Origin: Gammaproteobacteria bacterium
GTDB taxonomy: Bacteria; Pseudomonadota; Gammaproteobacteria; Xanthomonadales; Wenzhouxiangellaceae
Reading direction: 5' to 3'
Length of the DNA: 64,000 bases
Assembly (NCBI GenBank): GCA_018819105.1
Contig: JAHJQV010000018.1
Coordinates: 47,787-111,786 of the forward strand
Position numbers and translations under genes: made by a program. Shown here one piece after another: positions 1-9,852 of this stretch. The notes beneath the pieces were generated by a model. That model did no database searches, had not been told where the DNA came from, and was given only the letters and a program-made list of their open reading frames with translations. Position 1 is the first letter of the stretch; the number at the start of each line of letters is the position of its first letter.

Positions 1-293
1 TCAAGCTTGAGCAGATAGCTACCTTCACGCCCCAACCAGCTGGCTGCTTGCCAGATCGAATTGCCCTTGGCATCCTGTGCGCTGGCCATCGTATCGATGC
101 CGTCATTGTGGATTTCCACAAATGCCGGACTGTCTGCAGGCAGGGCTATGGTTTGTGACTCACCAGGCTGCAAAGTCAGCGAGAGAAAATCATCAACTGG
201 CACTTCGGCAGTCTGCGCTGCCTGTGTGCATGTGCCAGTCAACAGTATCGCAGCCAACATCCATGTCAGCCTCAGTCTGAATCCATTGCTCAT
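1..293 (-). CDS. hypothetical secreted protein, N-terminal part (gene runs off the left window edge)
   Basis: Absent from the ORF track because it has no stop inside the window. My translation from ATG (plus-strand cat 291-293) gives MSNGFRLRLTWMLAAILLTGTCTQAAQTAEVPVDDFLSLTLQPGESQ..., open to the edge. It has a signal-peptide-like hydrophobic N-terminus, and an AT-rich stretch lies just upstream (294-335). Confidence 0.4.
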   Translation of the reverse strand, partial: MSNGFRLRLTWMLAAILLTGTCTQAAQTAEVPVDDFLSLTLQPGESQTIALPADSPAFVEIHNDGIDTMASAQDAKGNSIWQAASWLGREGSYLLKL

Positions 294-425
294 CTTATTA
301 TCCATAATATATTTATTATTATTTTAGTCGATGGAGAGAAAACCGGCCGACTTCCCTGTCGACCCTGCAATTGCCCACTTTTTCATCATCTCATCCATAG
401 TTGTTGATATGTAGTTGCCAGTCTT

Positions 426-1016
426 TTAATCGATGGTTTGCCCGCCGGAACCAACTTCGGTATTGCCTTCCGGGCGACCGGCCACACCGCAGATTACATT
501 CGGATTGTCCAGTTCGCTGGCCTGCCAGCTGATGCTGCGGATGTTCGGCTCGCTGCTGGGCTGCAGTTGCAGTTCCAGTTGTTTGGCCACATTGTCGACC
601 GCTTCCCAGTAGTTACAGCGCAGCACCAGATCACCATCGGCATTGCTGGTCAAGCGGCCATTGCCGGGACACAGCGGGAAACGCGTGGCCTGGCTGACCG
701 GATCGTTGGGATCGGCATCCGCAGGCTCCTGATAAAAGTCGATGCTCCATGCACCGCTGCTGCTGTCGCACTGCACCACCATGGCATCGTCGGTTTGCAC
801 ATCGGTGGCCGCGCCCAGATCACAACTGTTACCGATGATCCAGGTGCCGGCGTAGCCGCTGTTGCAGACGTTGTAGAGCTGTGATTGCATGGTGTCTTGT
901 GCGCTTACCGATTCCGTGGTTAGAGTACCTGTCATCAACACCGACAACGTTGCCATTGCTGAAATGGCCATGGCAGAAAGAGAGTGGCTGATTTTGGTCG
1001 CTTGTTTCATCGTCAT
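426..1016 (-). CDS. hypothetical secreted cysteine-containing protein
   Basis: ORF 426..1052. The internal start MTMKQATKISHSLSAMAISAMATLSVLMTG... gives a signal-peptide-like N-terminus. Eight Cys in the mature part. No family recognised. Confidence 0.45.
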   Translation of the reverse strand: MTMKQATKISHSLSAMAISAMATLSVLMTGTLTTESVSAQDTMQSQLYNVCNSGYAGTWIIGNSCDLGAATDVQTDDAMVVQCDSSSGAWSIDFYQEPADADPNDPVSQATRFPLCPGNGRLTSNADGDLVLRCNYWEAVDNVAKQLELQLQPSSEPNIRSISWQASELDNPNVICGVAGRPEGNTEVGSGGQTID

Positions 1017-1471
1017 ATCCTGTGGTTGGTTAAAGTGGATATGGACGCGCAAGTCGTACCCTTACTAATCTGCACTGCTCGGCAGTCTGCACTTCCTGGT
1101 GTTGCTGAACCTCGTTCCTGCCAACGACCGCGAAGTCACTCGTCATCATTGCGTTGGATGGGCATCTGTACAGCCATGTAATGTTTGGCATGATTGCGAT
1201 CGCCTCAAACTAACAACGAAGACAGCACTGAGCCTCCCTGCGCGGCCAATCTTGCAATGGACAGCCTTTCGGTGCCCGATTCAGTTTCGTTTGGGGACAA
1301 TCCCCGAGCCCGTTAACAGACCCAGACATGGTTCATGCCTGTTTAAGCTGACAATTGACCGTTGAGATTCTCTCACCTGACGCCACAATTCTTCATGACT
1401 CGCATCCCATAAGCTGCACAAATCGGCCGGATCAGCTACCATGTGGTTCTTGTCAATTTATGGGCTCAAGC

Positions 1472-2197
1472 ATGCACTTCCTGCGCTGGTCAACCCGTTT
1501 CGCCTATCTGCTGGCAGCGCTGGTGCTGCTGTTCATGCTCGCCTCCGGGCCGGTGTTCAAGCTGGGCTGGGTGGGCTTCGGCAGCGTGTTCCAGGGTTTG
1601 ATGCTGGCGGTGCCCGCCGGCCTGATCGCCATGCTGCTGCTGCTGGTGGGCCGGCTTAGCAAGGTCACCGGTAACCGTGCCTGGCTGGTCATGCTGCTGC
1701 TGGCTGCTGTACTGTTTCTGCCCATCCAGCAGGCACTGGTGGCACGCTCGGTGCCCGGCATCCATGACATCAGCACCGACCTCACCGATCCGCCACGCTT
1801 CAGCGCCGCCATGGTGGTGGCGCGCAAGGACGCCAGCAACCCACCGGAATATCCGGGCACAGAGACTGCGCAACAGCAGCAGCAGGCTTATCCACACATT
1901 CAGCCGCTGCGCCTGGCTGTCGATCGCAGCACGGTGTTTGCGCAGGCTCGCGAACTGGTCGCTGCCAACGGCTGGCAACTGGTGCAGGCAAATCCTGACC
2001 GCGGCATCATCGAGGCCAGCGACACCAGCTGGTGGTTCGGCTTTGTCGACGATGTCATCATCCGCATTCAAAGCGACGGCAGCGGCAGCCTGGTCGACAT
2101 GCGTTCGAAATCTCGCATCGGCCGCTCCGACATCGGCGCCAACGCCGCCCGCATCGACAGCTTTCTGCAGCAGTTGCAGCAGCGGCTTGCATCTTGA
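1472..2197 (+). CDS. DUF1499-family membrane protein
   Basis: ORF 1355..2197. Likely start is MHFLRWSTRF (ATG 1472), followed by hydrophobic helices. The C-terminal part ...IIRIQSDGSGSLVDMRSKSRIGRSDIGANAARIDSFL resembles DUF1499. Confidence 0.55.
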   Translation: MHFLRWSTRFAYLLAALVLLFMLASGPVFKLGWVGFGSVFQGLMLAVPAGLIAMLLLLVGRLSKVTGNRAWLVMLLLAAVLFLPIQQALVARSVPGIHDISTDLTDPPRFSAAMVVARKDASNPPEYPGTETAQQQQQAYPHIQPLRLAVDRSTVFAQARELVAANGWQLVQANPDRGIIEASDTSWWFGFVDDVIIRIQSDGSGSLVDMRSKSRIGRSDIGANAARIDSFLQQLQQRLAS

Positions 2198-2214
2198 CGT
2201 TTGAGGTATACATC

Positions 2215-3060
2215 ATGAAATTCTGTCCAACCCTTATTCTGCTGACCCTGATCATCGCCCCGCTGATGGCGGCCGATGAGCACACATTGCTGCCAGAAGG
2301 CATCGACATCGCCGACACCATCAGCAACGATGCCATGCTGCAGGCGATCAACGGCGAGGCCGGCGCGCCGCAAGGCCAGCGCGTGGCCTACTTTGCCGAC
2401 AACGCAGCCACCAGCGGCTACCTGGCAGTGCCAGAAGGCGATGGACCGTTTCCGGCGGTGCTGTTGATTCACGAGTGGAACGGTCTGGTTGAGCGCATTC
2501 AGCAGACCGCCGATGCCTTTGCCGCCCAGGGCTACGTGGCGCTGGCAGCCGATCTCTACCAGGGCCAGACCGGCAGCAACCGCGAGGAAAACATTGCCCT
2601 GATGCAGGCGGCCCGGGGCGATGAGCAGGCCATCATAGACAATCTGGACGCTGCGGTGAACTATCTGCGCACGCAGACTCCGGCGGGCGCCAGCGCCAGG
2701 GTGGCCAGCATTGGCTGGTGTTTCGGTGGCGGCATCGCGCTGTCGTATGCCATCGGCAGCGACGCCCACGATGGCACGGCCATATTCTACGGCTCACTGC
2801 TGGACGATCCGGAGCAGATGGCCCACATCCATCATGAGGTTTACGGCACCTTCGCGGCCGAGGATCGCGGCATTCCGGTGGAACAGGTCGATGCCTTTGT
2901 CGCAGCGCTGCGCAGCGCCGGCGTGGACAACGATGTGCACATCTACGACCACGTCCAGCACGGCTTCTGGCTGCACAACGAACGCGACCCGGAACACAAT
3001 CAGCCGGCCGCGATCCATGCCTGGAATCGTTTGAAGGCTTATCTGCAAAGGGTGTTGTAG
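2215..3060 (+). CDS. dienelactone hydrolase family protein (secreted)
   Basis: ORF 2032..3060. The in-frame ATG at 2215 gives signal peptide MKFCPTLILLTLIIAPLMAADE. DLH hallmarks are VLLIHEWNGL and the nucleophile motif GWCFGG. Confidence 0.8.
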   Translation: MKFCPTLILLTLIIAPLMAADEHTLLPEGIDIADTISNDAMLQAINGEAGAPQGQRVAYFADNAATSGYLAVPEGDGPFPAVLLIHEWNGLVERIQQTADAFAAQGYVALAADLYQGQTGSNREENIALMQAARGDEQAIIDNLDAAVNYLRTQTPAGASARVASIGWCFGGGIALSYAIGSDAHDGTAIFYGSLLDDPEQMAHIHHEVYGTFAAEDRGIPVEQVDAFVAALRSAGVDNDVHIYDHVQHGFWLHNERDPEHNQPAAIHAWNRLKAYLQRVL

Positions 3061-3111
3061 TCTGCGCCAAGTCCGCCTTATTCAACAGCCGCTCGCAGCG
3101 AGGCTGTCCTA

Positions 3112-3456
3112 GCCCGGATTATTCATGGCACAACCTATTGCGACGGCCACAAGCCCAGCATCCACGCCGCTTCATTCGGTGGCGCATACTCAACGTACAG
3201 GCGAGTACGTTTCCGGTGCGCTCGGTCGCGAAACGCCACGGCTACAGGACGTGGAACCGTCTAGGAGCCTGTCGGATTTGACCGATCGTAGCGAAGGAAA
3301 ACCGGTTGGAGTCAGATTTTTCGATCTTTTGAGGCGAAAAGTGAGCCTATGCAACGATGAAGATCGGAGAATCTGGCCCAATCCGGATTTTCTGCAGTAG
3401 ATCAGTGTTAAGTCCGACAGGCTCCTAGCGACGGTCGGATCATGAATAATCCGGGC
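3112..3456. mobile_element. MITE-like nested inverted-repeat element (about 345 bp)
   Basis: Outer inverted repeat gcccggattattcatg (3112-3127) / catgaataatccgggc (3441-3456). Inner inverted repeat ctaggagcctgtcgga (3261-3276) / tccgacaggctcctag (3413-3428). The outer arms match the short hairpin at 21829-21885. No credible coding capacity. Confidence 0.6.
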
Positions 3457-3837
3457 TTAGCCGCTTCGCTCAACCCGCCATGGCGGGTAGCACCGGTTTT
3501 CGCCGGCCCAGTACAGTTTGATCCGGTTGCCGGACGGGTCGTGCAGCACCGCTTCGCGCCACAGGTAACGCTGATCCTGCGGCAGCTGGTCAAACTCAAC
3601 GCCTTTGGCCAGCAGCTCTTTGACCCAGCCATCGAGTTCCTCATGCTCGAAGTAGATGATGGCGCCGTTGCCAAAATCGCTGCTGTCCAGTGACAGCGAA
3701 AACGTGGCCTCGCCGTGCGGGCATTCAAAACGCGCGTAGTGCGGAGTGTCGACAATCTGGGTGAATCCCAGCAGTCGGTAGAAAGCGGTGGCCTGATCCA
3801 TGTCGCGCACCGGCAGGGTCACCTGGTTGAGGTTCAT
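3457..3837 (-). CDS. VOC / glyoxalase-bleomycin resistance family protein
   Basis: 126 aa. MNLNQVTLPVRDMDQATAFYRLLGFTQ... is the typical VOC beta-alpha-beta-beta-beta start. Confidence 0.8.
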   Translation of the reverse strand: MNLNQVTLPVRDMDQATAFYRLLGFTQIVDTPHYARFECPHGEATFSLSLDSSDFGNGAIIYFEHEELDGWVKELLAKGVEFDQLPQDQRYLWREAVLHDPSGNRIKLYWAGENRCYPPWRVERSG

Positions 3838-3890
3838 TGCGTGCTGCTCCTGCGTTAGCCTTGCTCGATGCCAAATACTGCAGCCTCGTC

Positions 3891-4883
3891 TTACAAGGCT
3901 TCCTCGTTGAGCCAGTCTCGCGCATGCAGACAGCGGTACAGCACCGCTTCGCGACTGTCTGCCTGCGGCTGCCAGTCGTAGTGCCAGCGTGCCAGCGGCG
4001 GCATTGACATGAGAATGGACTCGGTGCGGCCACCGGACTGCAGACCGAACAGCGTGCCACGGTCATACAGCAGGTTGAACTCTACATAGCGACCGCGACG
4101 ATAAAGCTGAAACTCGCGCTGCTGTTCGTCGTAAGGCTGATCCATGCGGCGTCTGACAATCGGCGCATAGGCATCCAGGTAGCTGTTGCCGACCGCCTGC
4201 ATGAAGGCAAAGCAGGTGGGAAAGGGCCAGTCGTTGAGATCGTCGTAAAACAGCCCGCCGACGCCGCGCGTCTCGTTGCGGTGGCGTAAATGGAAATAGC
4301 GGTCACACCAGTCCTTGTAGCGGGCATAGACATCGTCACCAAACGGGTCACAGGCCGCTTTGGCGGTGTGGTGCCAGTGCTGGATATCTTCCAGTGCGGG
4401 GTAGAACGGCGTCAGGTCATAGCCGCCGCCAAACCACCATACTGGCGGCTGATCCTTGGCTTCGGCAACAAACATGCGCACATTGGCATGGCTGGTCGGC
4501 ACGTTGGGGTTGCGCGGATGGATGACCAGCGACACACCCATGGCCTGAAAGCTGCGGCCGGCCAGTTCCGGGCGGCTGGCGCTGGCCGGAGCCGGCAGTT
4601 CATCACCATGGATGTGCGAGAACGCCACACCGGCCTGCTCAAACACGCGACCGCCGTGCAGCACGCGGGTGACACCGCCGCCACCGGCCTCGCGCTGCCA
4701 TGCATCACGGGCAAAGTCGGCACCACCATCAATGTCTGCCAGGGTGTCGCAAATGCGCTGCTGCAGCTGCTGCAGATACGCGCTGACGGTGTCGATGCCG
4801 CTGTCGTCGGGCTGCAGCGACTGCTGCGGGTCGCTGATCTGGCTGCCGTTTTCGGCTGCGGCTGAGCTTGTTCTGGTGTCCAT
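3891..4883 (-). CDS. hemF: oxygen-dependent coproporphyrinogen III oxidase
   Basis: ORF 3891..4949 contains HemF motifs ([39 protein letters not shown]). Chosen start is MDTRTSS at 4883, whose ATG overlaps the tsaC stop by 1 nt (TAATG). Confidence 0.9.
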   Translation of the reverse strand: MDTRTSSAAAENGSQISDPQQSLQPDDSGIDTVSAYLQQLQQRICDTLADIDGGADFARDAWQREAGGGGVTRVLHGGRVFEQAGVAFSHIHGDELPAPASASRPELAGRSFQAMGVSLVIHPRNPNVPTSHANVRMFVAEAKDQPPVWWFGGGYDLTPFYPALEDIQHWHHTAKAACDPFGDDVYARYKDWCDRYFHLRHRNETRGVGGLFYDDLNDWPFPTCFAFMQAVGNSYLDAYAPIVRRRMDQPYDEQQREFQLYRRGRYVEFNLLYDRGTLFGLQSGGRTESILMSMPPLARWHYDWQPQADSREAVLYRCLHARDWLNEEAL

Positions 4884-5449
4884 TAGTGTCGAAGATGCTG
4901 GTTGCTGAGCAGATCGGTGATGGTGCTGGGCCTGGCTTGCTGCCCGCACGGCAGTTGAATGATAACATCTGCGGCGGCAACGATGCGCGGGTCGAGTTCT
5001 GCAAAACGACTCACTGCCGGCTCACCGGAAACGTTGGCACTGGTGGACACCACCGGGGCACCGAAGGCGGCGCACATCTGCCGGCAAAAGGCATGATCGG
5101 GCACGCGCAGGGCCAGCCGGTCGCGGTGCTCGCCGGTCAGCCACGCAGGTGCCGCAGGCGTGCACGGGAACAGCCAGGTGTGTGCCGCCGGCCAACTGGC
5201 CGTGGCCTTGTGCCAGTGCTCCCGATAGACCGGATCCAGCCACGCCTCGGCCTGTTGCAGATCGGCAATGATGCTGATCAGCCCCATCGCTTCCGGACGC
5301 TGTTTCAAGGCCAGCAGGCGCTGCACGGCAGCAGCATTGGCAGCATCGCAACCCAGCCCGAAGATGCCCTCGGTGGGATAGACGATGAGCCCACCGGCAC
5401 GCAGGGCGCGCAGGGCCTGTTCAAGTTGTTGCGGTTGTTGCATGCTCAT
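4883..5449 (-). CDS. tsaC: L-threonylcarbamoyladenylate synthase, YrdC/TsaC type
   Basis: 188 aa. [34 protein letters not shown] is the YrdC-domain signature. Confidence 0.85.
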   Translation of the reverse strand: MSMQQPQQLEQALRALRAGGLIVYPTEGIFGLGCDAANAAAVQRLLALKQRPEAMGLISIIADLQQAEAWLDPVYREHWHKATASWPAAHTWLFPCTPAAPAWLTGEHRDRLALRVPDHAFCRQMCAAFGAPVVSTSANVSGEPAVSRFAELDPRIVAAADVIIQLPCGQQARPSTITDLLSNQHLRH

Positions 5450-5484
5450 TGTGAGGGCTCAGACTGCTCAGCCCCGCCGGTTTT

Positions 5485-7962
5485 CTACGCTTTATTGCCC
5501 GCTGCTTTCTTTTTGGCAGTTTTCTTTTTGGCAGTTTTCTTTTTGGCAGTTTTCTTTTTCGCGGTCTTTTTCTTCGCCGATTTTTTCTTTGTGGTCTTCT
5601 TTCTGCCCGTTGCTTTCTTCACCGCAGACTTCTTCGCGGCAGCTTTCTTGCCGCCGGCTTTTTTGCCGCGACCGCGTTTTTCCGGCGCATTGGCCAACAG
5701 CTCGATGCATTCATCCACGCTCAGCGATTCCGGCTCACGGTCCTTGGGCACGCTGAGGTTTTTCTTGCCGTCGGTGATGTAGGGGCCGTAGCGGCCTTTC
5801 AGAATCTGAATGCCCTGTTCTTCATACACCCTGATGGTGCGTTCGGCATCGGCCAGTTTCTTTGCCGCCACCAGCGCCAGCGCACGCTCCAGATCCACGG
5901 TGTAGGGGTCGTCTTCTTTCGGCAGCGAGACAAATTTGCGGCCATAGCGAATGTACGGACCGAAGCGACCGATGTTGACCACCACTTCCTCGTCCTCGTC
6001 GGTCGTGCCCAGTTCACGCGGCAGCTTGAACAGGGCCAGCGCTTCTTCCAGGGTTATCGTGGCCAGTTTCTGACCCGGCAGCAGACCGGCAAATTTCGGC
6101 TTTTCCTCTTCGATGTCGGTATCGCCGATCTGCGCAAATGGCCCGTAGCGGCCCAGCCGCACACTGACCGGCTTGCCGGACTTGGGATCGATACCCAGAT
6201 CGCGCGCCTGCCTCGCCTGGGCCCGGCTGACGTTCTGTTCGATGTCTTCAATCTGGTGACTGAAGCCTTCCCAGAACTCACGCAGAACCGGCAGCCAGGG
6301 CTGCTCGCCGCGCGCTATCGCATCGAGTTCGTCTTCCAGCCGTGCGGTAAATTCGTAATCCACATAACGCTCGAAATGGCTGGAGAGAAAATTGGCCACC
6401 ACCCGCCCGGTGTCGGTGGGCATGAAACGGCGATTGTCCAGCAGCACGTATTCGCGATCCAGCAGCACCGAAATGATCGAGGCATAGGTCGAGGGTCGGC
6501 CTATGCCGTACTCTTCCAGCGTCTTGATCAGACTGGCCTCACTGTAGCGCGGCGGCGGTTCGGTGAAATGCTGATCGGCATTGATCTGCAGCAGCTTGAC
6601 CGCTTCATCCACGTCCAGCTCCGGCAGACGCACCTCCTTGGTCTGCTTGCCGCCCACCGGCGCTTCTTCATACACACTGAGAAAACCGGGTTCACGTATG
6701 GTCGAGCCACTGACCCGAAAGCGCGAATTCCCGGCGGCGGCGAATTCCACCGTGACCGTGTCCATCACTGCCGGAATCATCTGGCAGGCCATGGTGCGGC
6801 TCCAGATCAGCGAGTACAGCTTGTACTGATCCTCATTCAGGTAGGCTTTCAGTCGTTGCGGTGTCCACGCCGGATTGGTCGGCCGGATGGCTTCATGCGC
6901 TTCCTGTGCATTGCGCGATTTGGTGGCATAGAAATTCGGCTTTTCCGGCACCTTGTCGGCACCGAACTGACTGCCGATCTGGTGGCGCAGGGCGTTGATG
7001 GCCTCACCGGCCAGCGACACCGAGTCGGTGCGCATGTAGGTGATAAGACCCTGGGTGCCGGAATCGGTGGTAATGCCTTCATACAGCTGCTGTGCCAGGC
7101 GCATGGTGCGCTGCGCCGAGTAGCGCAGTTTGCGCGAGGCATCCTGCTGCATGGTCGAGGTGATGTACGGTGGCGGTGGCCGCCGCCGACGCTGGCGTTT
7201 CTTGACCTCGGCAACGCTCAGCTCACCCGAGCTGGCACCTGCCTGCAAAGCAGCCTGAACCGCCTGGGCCTGATCCGCACTGGTAAAGCTGAACTGCTCG
7301 ACCTTGTCACCCTGCCAGCGCACCAGCGCCGCCTGAAAATCCATGCCGTCCTTGTGCAGATCGGCAGCGATGGTCCAGTATTCCTGCGGCTCGAAACGCT
7401 CGATTTCCTCCTCGCGCTCGACGATCAGGCGCAGGGCGGGGGTCTGCACGCGGCCGGCAGACAAACGCGGCTGCAGTTTTTTCCACAGCAGCGGTGACAG
7501 ATTGAAGCCGACAAGATAATCCAGCGCGCGGCGCGCCTGCTGCGCATCGACCAGATTGTCGGACAGCCGGCGCGGATTGGCCACCGCGTGCTGCACGGCG
7601 TTTTTGGTGATTTCGCTGAACACCACCCGGTAGACATTGCGTTTGCCGTTGAGCAGCTTCTTGTCGCGCAGGATTTCCTGCACATGCCAGGCAATCGCCT
7701 CACCCTCGCGATCAAGGTCGGTGGCCAGATAGATGTTTTCGGCGCTGCGGGCAGCCTTCACCAGCTTGTCGACGTGCTTCTTGTTGCGCTCGATCAGCTG
7801 GTAGTTCATGGCAAAGTCGGCATCTGGATCGACCGCGCCGGATTTCGGCACCAGATCGCGGACATGACCGTACGACGCCAGCACCTGGAAATCCTTGCCT
7901 AGGTATTTGTTGATCGTGCTCGCCTTGGCTGGCGACTCCACGATCAGTAGATTATTGCTCAT
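5485..7962 (-). CDS. topA: DNA topoisomerase I (type IA) with cysteine-free C-terminal repeats and a Lys-rich tail
   Basis: ORF 5485..8088. Canonical start MSNNLLIVESPAKA is at 7962. TOPRIM and catalytic core motifs are present (DLDREGEAIAWH, GLITYMRTDS). The C-terminus has GRYGPF/GRFGPYIRYG/GRYGPYITDG repeats and no Cys4 zinc fingers. Confidence 0.95.
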   Translation of the reverse strand: MSNNLLIVESPAKASTINKYLGKDFQVLASYGHVRDLVPKSGAVDPDADFAMNYQLIERNKKHVDKLVKAARSAENIYLATDLDREGEAIAWHVQEILRDKKLLNGKRNVYRVVFSEITKNAVQHAVANPRRLSDNLVDAQQARRALDYLVGFNLSPLLWKKLQPRLSAGRVQTPALRLIVEREEEIERFEPQEYWTIAADLHKDGMDFQAALVRWQGDKVEQFSFTSADQAQAVQAALQAGASSGELSVAEVKKRQRRRRPPPPYITSTMQQDASRKLRYSAQRTMRLAQQLYEGITTDSGTQGLITYMRTDSVSLAGEAINALRHQIGSQFGADKVPEKPNFYATKSRNAQEAHEAIRPTNPAWTPQRLKAYLNEDQYKLYSLIWSRTMACQMIPAVMDTVTVEFAAAGNSRFRVSGSTIREPGFLSVYEEAPVGGKQTKEVRLPELDVDEAVKLLQINADQHFTEPPPRYSEASLIKTLEEYGIGRPSTYASIISVLLDREYVLLDNRRFMPTDTGRVVANFLSSHFERYVDYEFTARLEDELDAIARGEQPWLPVLREFWEGFSHQIEDIEQNVSRAQARQARDLGIDPKSGKPVSVRLGRYGPFAQIGDTDIEEEKPKFAGLLPGQKLATITLEEALALFKLPRELGTTDEDEEVVVNIGRFGPYIRYGRKFVSLPKEDDPYTVDLERALALVAAKKLADAERTIRVYEEQGIQILKGRYGPYITDGKKNLSVPKDREPESLSVDECIELLANAPEKRGRGKKAGGKKAAAKKSAVKKATGRKKTTKKKSAKKKTAKKKTAKKKTAKKKTAKKKAAGNKA
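5505..5600. repeat. 15-bp in-frame tandem repeat (KKKTA units) in the topA 3' end
   Basis: ctttctttttggcag (5505-5519), then ttttctttttggcag at 5520-5534 and 5535-5549, then decaying copies. This encodes ...KKKSAKKKTAKKKTAKKKTAKKKTAKKKAAGNKA. Confidence 0.85.
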
Positions 7963-7985
7963 CAGGTGTTCTGCATTGCTTCCTG

Positions 7986-8462
7986 TCAGTGACGGAGCTC
8001 CTGCTCCTCGTAGAACACCAGATCCTCGATCCAGGCGTAGTTGGCAGCCTGCCCTGGCTGATTGAACAGCACCATCAGGATCACCCACTTCAGATCATCA
8101 AGATCGGTATCTTCTTTTTCCAGCGCCATGATGCGATCAATCACCACTTCACGGCTGGCCGGGGTCAACACGCCCTGGTTTTCCAATTGCATGATGAAGC
8201 TGCGGCACTCCATGTCCAGCTTCTGCTGCTCCTGATCGTGGTAGATGCGCGTGGGCGGCAGCACCTGCTTGTCGCTTTCCAGCGGGATCTCCTGCTCGGC
8301 CAGTTCGTCCAGCCACTTGAATGCCTTGGCGATTTCGTTGTTGCTGAAACCCGCCTGGTGCAGGTTGGTTTCCAGATCATCCCGATCCGGGGTGATCTCA
8401 GGATCGTCGTAGATGTAGTTCTCGAACAGATACATCAACACGTCCATGACATTCTCTTTCAT
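7986..8462 (-). CDS. smg: Smg protein (DUF494)
   Basis: MDVLMYLFENYIYDD...LKWVILMVLFN matches the Smg family. The ATG at 8462 overlaps the dprA stop (ATGA). An alternative start is MDVLMY at 8447. Confidence 0.85.
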   Translation of the reverse strand: MKENVMDVLMYLFENYIYDDPEITPDRDDLETNLHQAGFSNNEIAKAFKWLDELAEQEIPLESDKQVLPPTRIYHDQEQQKLDMECRSFIMQLENQGVLTPASREVVIDRIMALEKEDTDLDDLKWVILMVLFNQPGQAANYAWIEDLVFYEEQELRH

Positions 8463-9730
8463 TCATAAACCTCTTGCGCTGCCGCCGGCGCACGCACCCA
8501 GCCGGCAGCTTCTGTGGAGACCTTGCCATACAGTTCCAGCAGCAACAGCATGGAGGAAATTGACTCTGGCGTCAAACCGGTGTGTCCGACCAGCTCATCA
8601 ACGGTCATCGGATCATGGCCCAGCGTGCGCCACAGCAGTCGATAATCTTCATCCATGGCAATATCAGGCTGCAGGCTGGCACTGTCAAGTGCCGGCTCCG
8701 AATCCAGCTGCTCGTTATCGGCCTGCTGCGCAGGCAAGGCGGTGTCTGCGGCATCGCTGTGCTGCAGACTCGCCGCCAGCTGTCCTGCCAGCGGGGCCAG
8801 GTCCTCAAGCACCTGGCTGGCGTTCTCAACCAGCCGTGCACCATCACGAATCAGTGCGTGACAGCCCCGGCTGCCGCTGTTGCGCACCGAGCCCGGCATC
8901 GCCATCACCTCGCGTCCCTGTTCCGAAGCCAGTCGGGCGGTGATCAGCGAGCCGCTGCGCAGACCCGCCTCCACCACCACGGTGGCCAGAGCCAGACCGC
9001 TGATGATGCGATTGCGGGCCGGGAAGTGGCCAGCACGCGGCTCCGTGCCCAGGGCGAACTCCGACAGCAGCAGTCCACTGGCGGCGATCTCGCGACCCAG
9101 ATCACGATTGCAGGCCGGATAGATGCGATCCACCCCGGTACCCATCACGGCAATGGTGCCGCCACTGGCACGCAAGGCGGCGCGATGCGCGGCGGCATCA
9201 ATGCCATCGGCCAGACCGCTGGTGATGACCAGACCGGCATGACTGAGCGCCGCGGCCAGATCCTGTGCCTGCAGCAGACCATGCTGACTGGGATTGCGGC
9301 TGCCGACCACCGCCACCTGCGGATGCCAGAGCAGATCCACGTTGCCCACGGCAAACAGCAGCCAGGGTGGTCGCTGGATGTCACGCAGCAGTTGCGGGTA
9401 GTCGTCACTGTGCAGCCAGAGCAGATGATGGTCAGCATGCTGCAGCCAATCCACGTGCTGTTGCCAGCGTTCACCATGCGGACGCTTGCACCAGTTGCGC
9501 GCCCTGGCCACGGCCGCCTCAAGCCCGCGCACGGCAACCGCTGGTGTGCTCGCCGCGTCATCATCGGACGCGTCTGCGGCACGTGCCTGCAGGCTGGCCA
9601 GTGGCGCGCCGGAAACGATGAACTCCAGCACCGCCTGGGGGGTTTTGCACAGCGCAAGCAAGGCCTGCATGGCGCTGTTGCCCAGTCCGGGTGCCAGACT
9701 CAGGGTGAGCAGGGCCTGTGCTTGTGTCAT
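8459..9730 (-). CDS. dprA: DNA-processing protein DprA (Smf)
   Basis: 423 aa. Rossmann-like DprA core (VAVVGSRNPS..., ITSGLADGIDAAAHRAAL, MGTGVDRIYP) in the conserved position between smg and the LysM gene. Confidence 0.9.
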   Translation of the reverse strand: MTQAQALLTLSLAPGLGNSAMQALLALCKTPQAVLEFIVSGAPLASLQARAADASDDDAASTPAVAVRGLEAAVARARNWCKRPHGERWQQHVDWLQHADHHLLWLHSDDYPQLLRDIQRPPWLLFAVGNVDLLWHPQVAVVGSRNPSQHGLLQAQDLAAALSHAGLVITSGLADGIDAAAHRAALRASGGTIAVMGTGVDRIYPACNRDLGREIAASGLLLSEFALGTEPRAGHFPARNRIISGLALATVVVEAGLRSGSLITARLASEQGREVMAMPGSVRNSGSRGCHALIRDGARLVENASQVLEDLAPLAGQLAASLQHSDAADTALPAQQADNEQLDSEPALDSASLQPDIAMDEDYRLLWRTLGHDPMTVDELVGHTGLTPESISSMLLLLELYGKVSTEAAGWVRAPAAAQEVYE

Positions 9731-9852
9731 CTGCTCATGCCCTCGTCAAGCAGCCAGCATTGTTTCCGCGCTCGCCCGCTCCAGCAGTGTTGCCATGCGG
9801 TCGGCAGTACTGCCTATTGGCGGCTGCGCCGATGCTGCCTTCGGCTGCGGAT

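Noticed and set aside
6256-7497. 413-aa plus-strand ORF
   Set aside because: It lies entirely antisense to topA, whose identity is unambiguous. Its Arg/Gly/His-rich composition is typical of the mirror frame of a high-GC gene.
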